Source: Lama guanicoe
Taxonomy: Eukaryota
Direction: 5' to 3'
Assembly: GCA_013239625.1 (NCBI GenBank)
Contig: MU053487.1
Span: 3,059,058 to 3,123,057, forward strand
Length of the DNA: 64,000 nucleotides
Shown here: positions 1-13,764 of the stretch, one piece after another
How positions within the stretch are numbered: position 1 is the first letter of the stretch
How the letters are laid out: the number at the start of each line of letters is the position of its first letter
Notes under the pieces: generated by a model
The model's database searches: none
What the model saw: only the letters and a program-made list of their open reading frames with translations
Told to the model about the DNA's origin: nothing
Made by a program: the position numbers and the translations under genes

Positions 1-365
1 ATTATGTTGTCAGTTTTTATGACTGAGTAGTATTCCATTGTATAAATATACCACATCTTCTTTATCCAGTCATCTGATGATGGACATTTAGGCTGTTTCC
101 ATGTCTTGGCTATTGTAAATAGTGCTGCTATGAACATTGGGGTGCAGGTGTCATTTTGCAGTAGGGTTGCTTCTGGATATATGCCCAGGAGCGGGATTCC
201 TGGGTCATATGGTAAGTCTATTCCTAGTTTTCTGAGGAATCTCCATACTGTTTTCCACAGTGGCTGCACCAAACTGCATTGTCACCAGCAGTGTAGGAGG
301 ATTCTCTTTTCTCCACAGCCTCTCCAGCATTTGTCATTTGTTGACTTTTGAATGATGGCCATTCT
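1..365 (-). mobile_element. L1 fragment (ORF2 C-terminus / 3' region), relatively young family
   Basis: Reverse complement of the L1 ORF2 end (ccacatcttctttatccagtcatctg, ctccatactgttttccacagtggctgcacc); same family as 5395-6107. Confidence 0.9.
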
Positions 366-407
366 ATTTCAGTGGTTTTTAAATGGGGTGCTTTGATTCA
401 TGTGGTG

Positions 408-849
408 TTTGTTGTGGATTAAATAGTGAAGTCCTAACCCCCAGTACCTCAGAATGTGACCTTATTTGGAAGTACTGTCATTACAAATACGATTAGCTAA
501 GATGAGGTCATACTGGAGGAGAGTGGGCCCTTAATTCAATGTGACTTGTGTCCCTGTGAGAAGAGGAGAAGCACAGAGACAGAGACACAGGAGGGGGATG
601 GCTACATGGTGGATGGAGACAGAGATGGGAGTGATGCATCTACAAGCCAAGGAGAGCGAAGGATCGCCACAACCACCAGGAGCTGGCAGAGGCAAAAGAT
701 TCTCCCTGCAGGTTTCAGAGGGCCCATGGCCCTTCCAGCACCTTGAATTCAGACTTCTAGCCTCCAGAGCTGAGTGACAGTACAGGTCTGGTGTGCTAAG
801 CCGCCCAGTGTGTGGTAGTTTGATACGGTGGCCCAAGGAAACCAGTACA
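408..849 (+). mobile_element. MLT1 (ERVL-MaLR) solo LTR, MLT1C-like
   Basis: gaagtcctaacccccagtacctcagaatgtgaccttatttgga ... ttctagcctccagagctg ... ggaaaccagtaca, matching the recalled MLT1 consensus. Confidence 0.85.
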
Positions 850-3384
850 GTGCCTTGTAGTGTACAGAATGCTTTTCCATTCACCACCTTGTCTGTTCTG
901 CACAGCTGTCCTGGCAGGAAGGCAGGAGGATAGGTGATGTTAAATGAGATCAGTTAGAGAAACTGAGGCCCAGAGAGGAGGCATGGACCTTCTGGGTACC
1001 ACAAATCACAGGCAAAATCTGTAGGTACCTGGGCATCCTGCTTCTTTCTGTCCCACTGAGATGCTGTGATTCTTCTCCAGCTTCACCACATGTTTCTGGT
1101 GTCCTGGGTGTGGAAGGGGCCCCAGTGACCCTGTGCAGGTGCCCTTTGCCTTGTGTGAAAAGGACAGAACATTTACCTGTCGGGGCAGCACACACATTCA
1201 TTGTCTGTTCATGTGTTTGTTCAGCAGACACTTGTCGAGTCACCACCACGGCCCGACGCCTGGGGGAGGGCAGGAGCGCAGTGCAGGGAAAGACAAATGT
1301 GAGAGGGGCAGAACAAGTGCCAGTCCCTTTCCTGAGGAGCTGACGATCCAATGGCAGAGAAGTTCATGCTCAGACTGTTGTAGCTCTTTAGATAGAACTT
1401 CGCAGAGTAGGAATAATCGTACATAGAGTAGATTTTTCCACTCTGGTGTGTACACAAATGAAACGTAGGAAAGCACTTGTGTAGCCTGTTTAATGTTTGT
1501 GGCACCTCTTTTGCCCTAAAGTGTTAGACACTCTCATTGTAATTATTTAGAAAATAATCTGCTGATAAATTGTCCTAAATTGTATCCCAGTATAGAGGAA
1601 TAAATTTAGACCTTATTAGGTTGATGTCATCTAGTTGAAAATGTACCCCAACAGCAAATGCCAGACCACAGTGTACTTGATACAGTTTTACTATTAAATG
1701 TTTCTGTTTGGTACACAGTGTAACTAAGTCATCAGATTTTTATTTAGAACTTTGAAAGAAGCGTAAAGGAAGCATCAGGCAGTTCCTGTCCTCAGCCAGA
1801 GACAAACTCTAAGGGATGAGACCTTCATTCTTTCTTTTGTTCATTCCTTCAACCTTAGTTTGTATGTCCAGACAGTGAGCGGGGAGATGGTTTGAATAAG
1901 ACATGAAAGAGTAAAGTATAAAATTCATTGCTGTTTTGTTTGACAGCGGAAATTTGAGAAAAAAGCTGGATGAGCCAGGAGCCCAAAGGCATAGGAGGAA
2001 TTAGGGCAGAGAAGTGTGGGTTGGAGTTTTTAGGGAAGCATTTCAGAAAGTTGCTTGGAAGTGAGCCATAAAAAGTAAGAAAGAGTCGAGGCTGGAGGGA
2101 AGTCAGGGAGGCGTTCCAAGAGAGGGGAGGCAGGAGCAGAAGCAGGGGCGGGGGGTGGGGGGGACACCGGAAGCCGCAGGAGGGGCCTCCAGAAGGGACA
2201 CATGCTCAGTCTACCCTCTCCTGTGCACACTTGTTTCAGTGAATAAGAGAAAACTTCAGGGCCTGGAGATCTAAGTTACAGCCTCTTGTCTCCTCTAACC
2301 AACTCTGACATTGTGCGGGTAACTTAATTCCGCTATGCCTCTGTTCAGGAACTCAGAAATCCGCCTGGCATCAGGACACTCCTCAAAGTCTGATCTGTCA
2401 GAGCCCCTTCCTCCTCTGCTCCCGTCGCTTGCCTCATCCAGCCAAGGCCTCTGCCGTCTTCAGAGTCCCTGTCTGCTCGGGCTGCCTGGGGCTTTGTGGT
2501 CCCCTGTGCTACATGCTTGGTCTTCTCTTAGCTCCCTGCCCCTGCTCCCGGAGTGGCTTACTGCCTTCAGGGATACGTGGAATATTCCAAGCCTTCTTGC
2601 ATTTAATGTGTTTCTTGGAGCCCTCCAGTGTATAAATGTGATCCACCTCTCCCTGGGAATGTCATCTGGGCTCACACTTCTAAAAGACTGCTTTCATTGT
2701 CCTTCCAGCCACATTCTGTTTTCCTATAGGTCAGTCCTCTTGCTAGTCCCTTTGTCATGTGTTCTCTTGATTTAATGTCATCACAGATGAGGTAGACCAA
2801 AATTTAAACTGTTTTATGGTGACGCTAAGCAGTTGTATTTTTTCATTGTGGTAGAGTTGGGGTGGGATTTTTTTTTTTTTTGTCTTTTGGCATTGAACAG
2901 ATAGAGTCTTAAATAAAGGACAGTGCCTGGAGCTTGGAAACAGTTTGATTTATTCCCCCAGCAAACATGAAGAACTGTGTGTGATCTAGGCCCTCTGCTG
3001 TTAGCTGGTCCAAGTCATGGAGAAAACACTGTCCCTGCCCCCAGGGAGCACCCACTCCAGAAGGGGCAACAGGCCCTAAAAGCTGGGGAGAGCTGTACAC
3101 TGAGGGGCACTGTGGAAGTAGCTAGAGCACCTTCCGCTGTAATAGGATTTGTGTCAGTGGGAGTGTTTATTATTAAAAGATTTTATGTGTATAAACAATA
3201 GATTATATGTAGTATCAGTGCTTTTCAAGTGGCTTTAAAATCCCTCTTGGGCTGAGTGGGTTGGATGCAGTTCTTCCTGCCTCCCCCTCCCCGCCACCCA
3301 AAAGCAGTTCCTTGAGCTTTTAGTGTTCTAGGTTAGGAGTTCTTGTAAGAGTTAAATTTATTTTTAATTAAAAAAAATAGTGAC

Positions 3385-3526
3385 TTTATTTTGGTGGGGA
3401 GAGGTAATTAGGTTTATCCATCTGTCTCTCTGTCTGTTTATTTGTTTTAAAGGAGGTGCTGGGGATTGAACCCAGGACCTCGTACCTGCTAAGCAGGCAC
3501 TCTACCACTGAGCTATACCCTCCCCC
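3385..3526 (-). mobile_element. Vic-1-like tRNA-derived SINE
   Basis: Reverse complement of gggggagggtatagctcagtggtagag...gggttcaatccccag head plus aacctaattacctc tail. Confidence 0.9.
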
Positions 3527-4340
3527 TTCTAAGAGTTACTGTTTTTAAATGGATATACATTAAAATTTTGAAGTGTGAAAACTACCCTTTTCTCTAGAAA
3601 TCACTTCACCGTGGGCTCCTGACTCTTGGGAAAGTGCTCTTACAGATCTTGTGAGCAGAGAGTCCTTGATCCTTAAGACCCCTCACCTTAGGACATTCAG
3701 AGCAGTTTCCTCAATATAGAATTTAAAGCCTTTACCTTCTCGGCAAAAACAGTATCGGAATTTTGCCTCAAGTTGATAATTAACACAACGTGACAGGGCA
3801 GATTTTTGAATATATTGTCGCCTCCATCTTTATTTTAAAAGTGGAGTGTGAGGTGGAAACCGGCATAGGAAATGGGTGAGGCAGGTGTTGAGGGCCATTT
3901 CCAGGAGGGCTTATCTAATGACAACAGGTATTTTCTAATCTAAAACCAGGTCCTGGAGAAGCTGAGGAATTGGTGGGTGGCTTCAGTTTCAGGAGCTAGA
4001 GAGTCCATTAGCGGCTCAGAGGAGCCTGCAGAGGAGGGGGGTCAGCAGGGACGAAATGGGAGTGGGGCCAGGGCTCCCCTTCCTCAGGATGACGGGGTCT
4101 CCATCAGCTTCTACCCCCAGGGTCCCTCCTGGGTTCCAGGAGCTGTGCTTGGCTATGCCTTGGGGACACCTAGAAGGAAGTTGGGTTTGCAGTACATTCT
4201 CCTCAGTGGGTAAGCCAAGTGAAGATGCCCACAGGATCGTCCGGGAGGGGAGCTGGCAGAGCAGTCAGGGGGCCAGAGAGCTAGTTTATGAGGACGGAGG
4301 GTTATGGAAGCTCTGAGGGTACCTCAGTCTCTGTTGGGGT

Positions 4341-4807
4341 TGTACTAACTTCCTATGGCTGCTGTAACAAATCACCACCAATTCGTGGCTTAAACAACGC
4401 ACGTGTATTCTTTTACAGTTCCAGAGGTCAGAAACCAAATCAGTTTCACGGAGTTTAAGTCAAGGTGTTGGCAGGGCTGGTTTCTTCTGGAGGCTCTAAG
4501 GGAGAATTACTCCTTTACCTTTCCTGGCTCCTGGAGAGCGCCTGCATTCTTTGGCTTGTAACCCCGTCCTCACAGCCTCTCACTTGCACCTCATACCTCC
4601 TCCTTCCTACTTGGGCCTTGTTGGCTTCCTCTTCTAACCCTGTGATTACACGGAGGGCCCGTCTGGGTAATGCAGGGTAATCTCCCCACTCCAGATCCCT
4701 ACCTCAATCACATCTACATGATTCCTTCACCACAGACGGTAACACTCACAGGTTCCAGGGTTCGCTATATGGGTCTCTTTGGGGAGGGGCATTATTCAGC
4801 CCTCTGT
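4341..4807 (-). mobile_element. MLT1 (MaLR) solo LTR
   Basis: ggctgctgtaacaaatcaccac...tcaaggtgttggcagggctgg...cacaggttccaggg...cattattcagcc pattern. Confidence 0.85.
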
Positions 4808-5394
4808 AGGGCAAAGGGATTTAGCTAAATAGTGAGGAACAATTTCTGGATGAAGGACAAGAATTCGTGATCTGCACTTGAGGTCTTTGAAAATGAGCCA
4901 CAGTCTGCTGTCTGTGGGCAAGACCAGCCTGGCTGCCAGAATTGAGCTCCCCAGACCTTCATTCCAGCAGATGGAGTAGTCCCTGGGATGCACCAGGTTG
5001 TGGTGAGACTCGGCACCGTGGGGGCCGCTCCCTCCGGAGTTGACTCGTCTGGTACTGGAAGCAGGGGTGTGAGCTGCTGGATCTGCTCAAGAAGGAAGCC
5101 ATCTTCCCCTCCTTTGAATTGGCAGCATTGGTGGTTCTGTAACTTTACGCCTGCCTCAGAGCAGCTGTGTTTCCCAAGCTGAGGAACATCTGCCCTGAGA
5201 GGTGACGTAAGAGGTGTGGCCCTGGCGGGAGGTGGAGATGGGGCATCCCCGGCTCTTCCTCACTTGTTCTGTGGGTGGTGAAGGGCCAGGCACAGATGGC
5301 GTCTTCAGTTTAAAAACATCCTCAAGAGTGAGAGTTTTTAAAAATGACCTTTTGTGATGGAAGGACAACATCTGGTTTAAGATCCCACATTCAG

Positions 5395-6107
5395 AGTGTA
5401 GTTTGGTGCAGCCACTATGGAAAACAGTATGGAGATTCCTTATAAAAACAAAAATCGGCTTACCCTGTGATCCAGCAATCCCATTCCTGGGCATGTATCC
5501 AGAGAAAACTCTAATTTGAAAAGATACATGGACCCCAATATTCACAGCAGCACTATATACAATAGCCAAGACACGGAAGCAACCTAAATGTCCATCAACA
5601 GATGACTAGACAAAGAAGTTGTGGTATAGTTATACAATGAAATACTACTCAGCCATAAAAAGGAATGAAATAATGCCATTTGCAGCAACATGGATGGACC
5701 TAGAGATTATCATACTAAGTGAAGTAAGCCAGACAGAGAAAGACAAACATCATGTGATATCACTTATATGTGGAATCTAAAAAAAAAATGACACAAATGA
5801 ATTTATTTACAAAACAAAAAGAAACTCAGAAGACATAGGAAACAAACGTATGGTTACCAAAGGATAAAGGAGGGAAAAGGGATAAATTAGGAGTTTGGAA
5901 TTTGCACATATTAACTACTCTATGTAAAACAAGTAAGCAACAAGGTCCTACTGTGTAGCTCAGGGAACTATATTCAATAGCTTGTACTAACCTATAATGA
6001 AAAAGAATGTGGAAATGAAGTATATATGTAAACATATGAATCACTGTGCTGTACACCAGAAACTAACATAACATTGTAAATCAGCTATACTTCAATTAAA
6101 AAAAAAT
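5395..6107 (+). mobile_element. 5'-truncated L1 (ORF2 end + 3' UTR + poly-A)
   Basis: cagccactatggaaaacagtatgg...gcaacatggatggacctagaga...acattgtaaatcagctatacttcaattaaaaaa. Confidence 0.92.
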
Positions 6108-8620
6108 ATCCCTTATCTACTTGGACCTCTGTGCTGCAGGGCTCTCAGTAATTCCAGGGGACTGAATGTGGGTATGTTGCACTTGCTGTGTGGACTGGAG
6201 CAGATGTTTTGGTTTGATTAGCTCACTTGGGTTGAAGAGAATCTAATCCTTCAGCCGGTTCTGGTCTCTTCCCTGCCTCCAGCCCTCTGCACTTCCTTAG
6301 CCCTGTGGGCCTGGTCCAGTCTGAACTGAATCCTCTCCTCTCCTCTCCTCTATTATTTGAATCAGTGCCCCTTGGGCCTCTGTAAGCTCAGGAGCCAGAA
6401 CCCTCCCACCTAGAGAAGGAAAGAGCAGGAGCTGAGATCTGGAGGTGGCCAGCACAGGACCACTCCCCACCCTACCCACGTAACAGGCTTTGACTTTTGA
6501 TTGACTAAATGACTTGCCCAAGGGAAAGGCTATGGAGACTGGCTGCTGTCTGGGATTCTCTCCACAGCCCCATCTGCGGAGAGGCACCTCTGTCTGTGCT
6601 GGGCTGACCGTCACAACCAAGGGGCCCTTTCACACTGTCTCTTCCACAGAGGGTGTGAGGGGCCAGTGCCTGCTCTGCAGACGTGTTTGCTCTGTGTTGT
6701 GCCCAGGACCCCCAAGTTCAGAGATAATGTTGCAGGTAGTTGGATGTGTATCTCTCCTCCCACTGATTTGGGAGTTTCCTAAGGACAGAAACATTTTCTT
6801 ATTTAAGTGCTTTTACCTTCTCAGTGTCTCATCAATACTGGGCACACAGTTGGTGTGAGAAAGCCCTCCTAACCCCACACCTACCACCTACCCACACACA
6901 CACTCACTCACACTCACACACACACACAGTCACATACACAGTGTTTGCAGTTCGTGCTGATGTGAACTTATGACTTTCTGAGGCCTCACCTCTATGGAAA
7001 GGAGATGTACCTCCTGGAAGAGAGTGGTCGTTACAACTTCCGGTCATCCTGGGACATCCTGTTTCTCCCCTCTGTGCCCTCTCTTGAGCCTTGCCTCTGC
7101 GAAGTTCAGATGTGTCTGAGGACTCCTTCCCAGGTCGTGGAGAATGCTGGGGACCCAGGGAAAGGAGCCTGAGGGCAGCCACATCTACCAGCCCCTGTAA
7201 GTTCCTCTCCGAGTTTGAGTCTTGACTGCTGTCCTCAAACTGAGAGCTTGCAGTGCTGGGCAGCATGAAGACCAGGGTCTGTCCCCAGACTGAGCCTGAG
7301 TGCTGTGGGAGGCAGTGCCCTGAGGCACCTGAAGCCAGGGCAGCGGTGACTGATTGGATTCCCAGAGTGAAAGTGGGTCTCAGGACAAGAATTGGGCTGG
7401 AACTTTTTAATTGCTCCATTCCATGGGAGACTCTCCCTCCTCTGTCCAGTGTGGGAGGATCAGAATATTATTTTATTAAAGGAACTAGTAGGCTTCCTTA
7501 CATGTGGTGCCAGATAAATCTTCACTAAGTACATTGCTTCTCTTTTTCGATCAGATGTGGTGGTGTTGAGTCATGGGTTAAATCAGCTCTTCTGGGCTCG
7601 CTTGGGCCCCTTATCACTCTTTATCACATAGTGTTTATGGGAGAGAGCATGCCCAGTTCCAGACAAGCGATTGGCAAGTGAAGCTTAAGGACACAACCTG
7701 CTCACCAGCTGGGGCCTTGCCACCTCCTGGCCCGAAGCACTGCAGTGTGTGTATTTCTGTGTCAGGTCCATCTTTAAGGCTGCAGCCCAGCCCAGGCTCA
7801 GAGCCCACAGGCCTGGCAAGACTAGTCCAGCATGTAGTGTATTTGACAAGCCAGGGAAATGATACCCTCCTGGACAGTAAGTTCACCAGCCATCCTTTAC
7901 TTCCCTGTGTTCCATTATCTCATGTAACAGCACAGCAACCCAGTCAGTCCCAGCCAGGTCAGGCCACCAAGGGGCTGCAAGCAGGAAAGAGGCCTCACCA
8001 CATCCGCATTTCAGAAAAAATGAGTCTGAAATAGTGATTGAGGAGGGATCGTCATCATCAGAGTGTTACAGAGGTCTCAGGGAGAGAGGGCTGATGGCAT
8101 GGGCCGGGATGATGGCTGAGCAGCTGGAGAGAAGAGCCTGGGCCTGGGAGCTGACTGACTGCAGGGAATACAGGAGGAAACGCTGGGGTTGGTGTCCGCA
8201 CTTCTGGTGTTTTTGAAGTGACATGGAAGTAGTCAGTTGGAGGAAGGATCCTTGAGCTCTTCTCTTGGGAAACCCTGAAGATGCTGTGAAGGTTTCCGGA
8301 GAGACTGCCATCCCAACTGATAGCTAAAGTTTGTTCTTAAAATATCCAACCATGGCAGGGTGGAATTCTGCGTAGGAAGGATCATGTGGTACTTCTTATT
8401 CCATGTTCAATCCCCAAAATGTGGTGTTTATTTTGAAATATGTAGTTAGTGCATTTTTATCTAGAGAGGTTCCTTGGGATCGTTTGTTAATATTTTTCCA
8501 TTTCTAAAGATTTTATACCCTAGAAAATCCCTGGCTAAGGAACAAATAACTAAAAACATTTCTGATAAAGTCATGCTCTTAGGGGAATTCAAATTGTACA
8601 GTTAAAACCTATAGGCTGTT

Positions 8621-8752
8621 GGGGGAGGGTATAGCTCAAGTGGCAGAGCACATGCTTAACATGCATGAGGTCCTGGGTTCAATCCCTAGTACTTCCTCTA
8701 AAAATAAATAAAATAAATAAAACCTAATTACCTGCCCCCCCAGAATGTTTTA
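8621..8752 (+). mobile_element. Vic-1-like SINE with 16-bp TSD
   Basis: A/B-box tRNA head and A-rich tail. TSD aaaacctataggctgt (8604-8619) / aaaacctataagctgt (8753-8768). Confidence 0.93.
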
Positions 8753-8890
8753 AAAACCTATAAGCTGTCAACAGTGGCATTATAATGTGCATATTTCCAT
8801 TTGAATTATGAAACTGTTAGCTAATTGATACAGACAAGGCTTCTAAGTATTCCTTAATTTTCTCAATTTTTTTGAATGAAACAACACACT

Positions 8891-9094
8891 CAAATGTCCA
8901 TCAACAGATGATTGGATAAAGAAGTTGTGGTATAACCAACAAGTTTTTTCTGTATACAGGCAACCATATTCAATATCTTGTAGTAACCTCTAATGAAAAG
9001 GAATATGTGTATGTACCTGTATGACTGAAACATGCTGTATACCAGAAATTGACACAACATTGTAAACTGACCATACTTCAATGTTAAAAAAAAA

Positions 9095-9131
<37 letters not shown>

Positions 9132-9640
9132 AATGGAATACTACTCAGCCATAAAAAAGAATAAAATAATGCCATTTGCAGCAACATGGATGGACCTAGA
9201 GATTGTCATACTAAGTGACATAAGCCAAAAAGAGAAAAATACCACATGATATCACTTATATGTGGAGTCTAAAAAATGAGACAAATTAACTTATTTACAA
9301 AAGAGAAACAGACTCACAGGCATAGAAAACAGAATTGTGGTTACCAGAGGAGAAAGGGGGTTGGAGGGATAAATTGGAAGTTTGGGATTTAGAGATACTA
9401 ACTATTATATATAAAATAGATAAACAGCAAGGTCCTGTTGTAGAGCACAGGGGACTAATTCAACGCCTATAATGAAAAAGAATATTAAAAGGAATACACA
9501 CACACACACACACACATATATATAAAACTGAATCACTGTGCTGTACCTGACCAGAAATTAACACAACATTGTAAACCAAGTATACTTCAATTTTAAAAAG
9601 TCTTAAAAAAAAAAAGTAAAAAGGACCCTGTAAAAAAAAA
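8891..9640 (+). mobile_element. 5'-truncated L1 3' end with a nested second L1 3' terminus (~8935-9095)
   Basis: caaatgtccatcaacagatgattgg...gtggtata is interrupted by an L1 terminus with poly-A, then resumes at acaatggaatactactcagcc. Confidence 0.88.
9097..9128. repeat. (GT)16 microsatellite
   Basis: Perfect dinucleotide run. Confidence 0.95.
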
Positions 9641-11699
9641 ATTTAAGATGCAAACAGTATGAAATCTCACTCATTTAGGCTGTCAGAAAACTAATAGTAG
9701 GAAGAGAACAACACCAATGTGTGTGATTTGATGGAATTTTCAAAATCCCTCTGAAAACACCTGTCCCTCTCCATGAGTACCAGTGCCTGCTTCAGTCAGA
9801 GTGCTGCAAGCATCCACGCTTTTATTTTACTCTTATCTTGTTAAAACAAAACGAAACAGGGAGGAGTTTCTGTGTTTGAAAACCAGGAACCAGAAGCAAC
9901 AAGCCCCTTGCCATAGAGCATTCCAACGTGGACTCCACTCATGAAATCCAAGCTGAGAGTTTTCTTTGTCTTAAAATTCTTGAGGTAAGAGTTCTGACTT
10001 CATTGGAATTCGTACTAAAGTTGTTTGCATTATTTGGCCTCGAGAGAGAGAAGGAGCACTGTGTGTCCTGTTTATGTGACGAAAATACATGTCTCCGGTT
10101 GCTCTTTTGTCCCTTCTGGTTGCTGTCCCATGATTGGTAGGCTCGTTTATCTGTGTGAAAAAGGAGCTTGAAAAGGTGATAAAGTCCAGAGTTGACATAT
10201 GAGAGACTGAAAAACCATAAGCAGGACCCAATGCCAGCAGCTTGTACTTGTCCTCCGAGACCCCCTGGTATGGTGACTGCTGGTGTCTCCAACAAGGCTA
10301 CCCGAGAGGGCTCACCCTGAGGGGGTAATGTGTAAAACGTCCAGACCCTCACGCTGATCTTCCTGCTTCTACAAATGCAAAATAACAACAAAAGTAAATA
10401 TTTGGGGCCTGGTTTATTTTGGTCAGACAAGTTCCAGTCTGGTTTCTAAAATTAGGAATTCTGCGGGATGCACGTGGTTTACGCATCCTGCCAGAGAAGT
10501 TTGTCTCGGGTGTGCAGTTCTCTTATTTGTTGTTGCTGGCTTGGAAATGAGCATCTGAACCCTCTCTCGGGTCTGTCTATCTGTGCAGACCCACTGCTGG
10601 TGGTTGGAAGGCTCTACCCAGCTCACTTGGGTAGGCTCCCACCCACCCTGCCCTCACCAGCATGACGCCTGCTTCCCTGAGGCTCTGACCCCGCCGTCTG
10701 GCCTTCGTACACTGCCAGACAAGCCTTTCAGGAGCACAGCTCTCCTCCTGTCTATGTTCCTCCTCAAAGTGTTCGCTCAGCGCCACCCCTCACCATTGCC
10801 TTTCAGCTAAAGGCCCTTCCCACTGGTCCCACCTGGGGGTATAACTTCTACCACCAGCCGGGTTGGCGCCTCAGATACACTGGCTGCTCGCTTGCCTTTG
10901 TAACTTTCCATTTCTCCCTTATAAACATTCCTCCATTTCCGCTCCTTCTGGGCTCAGCTGTAGTCCCACCTCCCCCTGGGAGACTGCCCTGCCCCAGGGG
11001 CACTGGGCCAACCACTATGAATATTTGCCTGCAGCGTTGTTTCTCTCCCTCAGTGCCCAATGCAAAGGAAGCACTCAGGAAATATTTCTGTTCAGCCTTC
11101 ACTTTCAGCGTCACATGTCCCCCTCCTGGAAGTTGTCCTTGCCCTGTAATAGGCTGCTCCCAGCACTGGCCCCGGGGCTTGTCCTTCTCCACCCGGACTC
11201 ATTCAGCTCTCTCTCTGCTGAATGCAGCAAGGGCTGCTCCTCCCCTACACTAACCAGGGCTGTGTTGGAAGAGCTGGTTCCCAGGGCCTTCCTTGCCTTC
11301 AACTGCCTTCTGGGGTCCAATGAGAATAAGCAGGGCTGCTTTTTTTTTTTTTTTTTGAACAAGGGGCCCTGCATTTCCATTTTGCACTGGGTCCTGCAAA
11401 GTAGACAGCTGATTCTGGAAACAGGGTAGGTGTTGACAGGCAGGTGAGGGTGGGGAGACATTCCAGGAAGAATGCTGGCCAAGGTCTGGTTAGAGGCCAT
11501 GGAGGGTGGGTTACAGAGGATGGGAGGAGACAGGCAGAGAAACATCAGTGGTGAGGTTCTTACCCGGCAGGGATGACTGTTCTCCAAAGATAGGAGTGTT
11601 CCTCGGGGGTGGTGACTCCACAGGACCTGAATTTGGCCCTAAATAGCCTATTTAAGTCTTGTCCTAAGCCTGCCTTTGTTTTTATAGCACTGATCCAGC

Positions 11700-12240
11700 A
11701 ACTTTTCCAACTCAGTCAGAGGAAAGGCCAAGTCCTTCCAGTGGCCTGCAGGTCCCTGACCTGGCCCTTCACCACTGGCCTTCCCTCCTGCCACCGTCCC
11801 CTCAGTTATTCTGTTGTAGCCACACTGGCCCTATTGCTGTTCCTAAACGTGCCAAGACTGCCCCCACCTCAGGGCATTTGCACCTACTGTCCTGTGAGCC
11901 CAGAGTGCTCTTCCCCCAGAAAGCTTACCCTCACCTGCTTCAGGCCTTTGCTCAGATGTCACTTAATAAGTGTAGTCATTCCCAGATGCCCCATATAAAA
12001 TCACTCACAGACACACCGCTCTTTAACCTCTTTCCTGCTTTATTTGATCTACAATACTTATCACCATCTGACATGCCCTGTGTTCTACATGTTTGTTTAC
12101 TGTCTGTCTCTTTGTCCTGACATGTAAGCTCAGTGAGGGTGGGGGCTTTAGTAAGTTCTGCTCACTGTTCTGTTCCTCAGCCGTTAGAACACTCCCTGAC
12201 ACAGAGTAGACACTAAACAGACATATGCTGGATGAATTCA
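11700..12240 (+). mobile_element. L2 3' end
   Basis: catgtaagctcagtgaggg...agaacactccctgacacagagtagacactaaacagacatatgctggatgaat, typical L2 terminus. Confidence 0.75.
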
Positions 12241-13484
12241 CTGCCATTTGGGGGCTGACAGTCCTGCTACTTCAGGGCAGAAGGATGACCAGTAGTAACT
12301 GGGGAGAGTGGTCTGTGAGGCCTTGGAAAACCACAGAGGAGATGGTAGGCCAGCTGACAAAAGGAAATTAAAAGGTACCCCCGTGAATCAAGTGGAGATG
12401 AAAGTAGAAAAGCCGAAATGAGCAGAGCAGTGGGAGGTCGGGAGAGACCTTCCTTGAAGCCACACCAGAGAACTGAGGGGAACTGCTGTGGTGGATAATG
12501 TCATAGGTTTCTGGCCCACATGAGACACACTTTTTTTTTTATTCCTGGCCCCACCTTGGACCACCTTATCAAAGTCTATCAGATAAGCTATTAAGTAATT
12601 AATTTTTGTTCTCATTTGTTAAAAGAGGCATAGATAGATGTCCTTCAACATTGTAAAGAAGAAACAGCCACTGACTCTTACCAGCCACATGAGTGTGAGT
12701 CCATGCAGCTGTGTAGCTGCCTGGGCTCCCAGAGACCCCAACTCAAAATTTACAGCCCAGGCATGCACTTAGAAACCCCCACTTCAGTGCCCTCTGAAGT
12801 CTCTCCAGCTCTGAAAATCGGATAATCCTGGGAGATCTCTCAGTGCTGTCCCTCAGCAGGTGAAGGCCCAGGTAGGGCCATGGGACCGACTTAGGAATGT
12901 CACTTCCCGTCATCAGGTTCCCTGGCCTGACTGGTGGGTGGGGAAGGGCCTCTGATCAAGGGAACCCTCTTGGTCAAATAACCAGACATCCAGGTCTTGC
13001 CTCAGTGATACCAGAGACTCTGGGAATAAATGACCATATATACAGTCAGAGTTGATCATTAGCAAAACTGAGTTAAGAATTTAGAGACTTACTCACTGGC
13101 AGACTTGAGCTGTTTTTAATTTTTGGCCTCAGAAAATGTCTGCTTTGAGGAGGATTGTTGAGGACCTGTGCGGCAGTATCTGAGGTGATTGTCCCTTTTT
13201 TCAGTTTTGAACCCAGTATTTGGTATGCCTGGGGAGAGGGAGAGAAATGGTTACATTTTACGGTTACTTTTTAATTGTAGAACCACCCTAAAAGAGAGTG
13301 TTCTGGGTGAACTGGCTTGCTACTTCAGTAATTCTACTTTAACTCCGTTGGAAGAAGTTTGGCCTAATAATAGCAGTAAGTTTTTAGTGGAATTTTAATC
13401 AATGAATTGTGGCTGTTGTCCACAAGAAGAAGAAGCAAATGCAGGCATCACTTAGAGGATACTTGGCAGTGCCCACTGTCAGGT

Positions 13485-13695
13485 GACAGTGGTGATGAGC
13501 CAGGAGTGAACAAGCCCACCTGAGTACAAATTCCAGGCCTACCACTTGGTACATAACTGCATTCTTTGGCTGAGTCTGGGTGCCTCACTTCTAGGCCACC
13601 AAAATGAGGGTGATGATACACCTACAGGAGACGAGGGTTGTATAAGATCGAGCATGTGAGCCGCTTACACAGCATAGGAGGTACTCCATCAGCAG
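13485..13695 (+). mobile_element. MIR SINE (degenerate)
   Basis: accacttgg...tgcctcacttct...aaaatgagggtgatgatacacctac core similarity. Confidence 0.55.
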
Positions 13696-13764
13696 GAGTT
13701 GTGGCCTCCTCCCAAACCCACTTTTTTTTTTAACGTGGTTTTAAACACACACATGCGCATGTGC

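Noticed and set aside
10848..11587. 188 aa and 158 aa overlapping ORFs
   Set aside because: They span a T-homopolymer (poly-F/poly-K) and have no homology signal.
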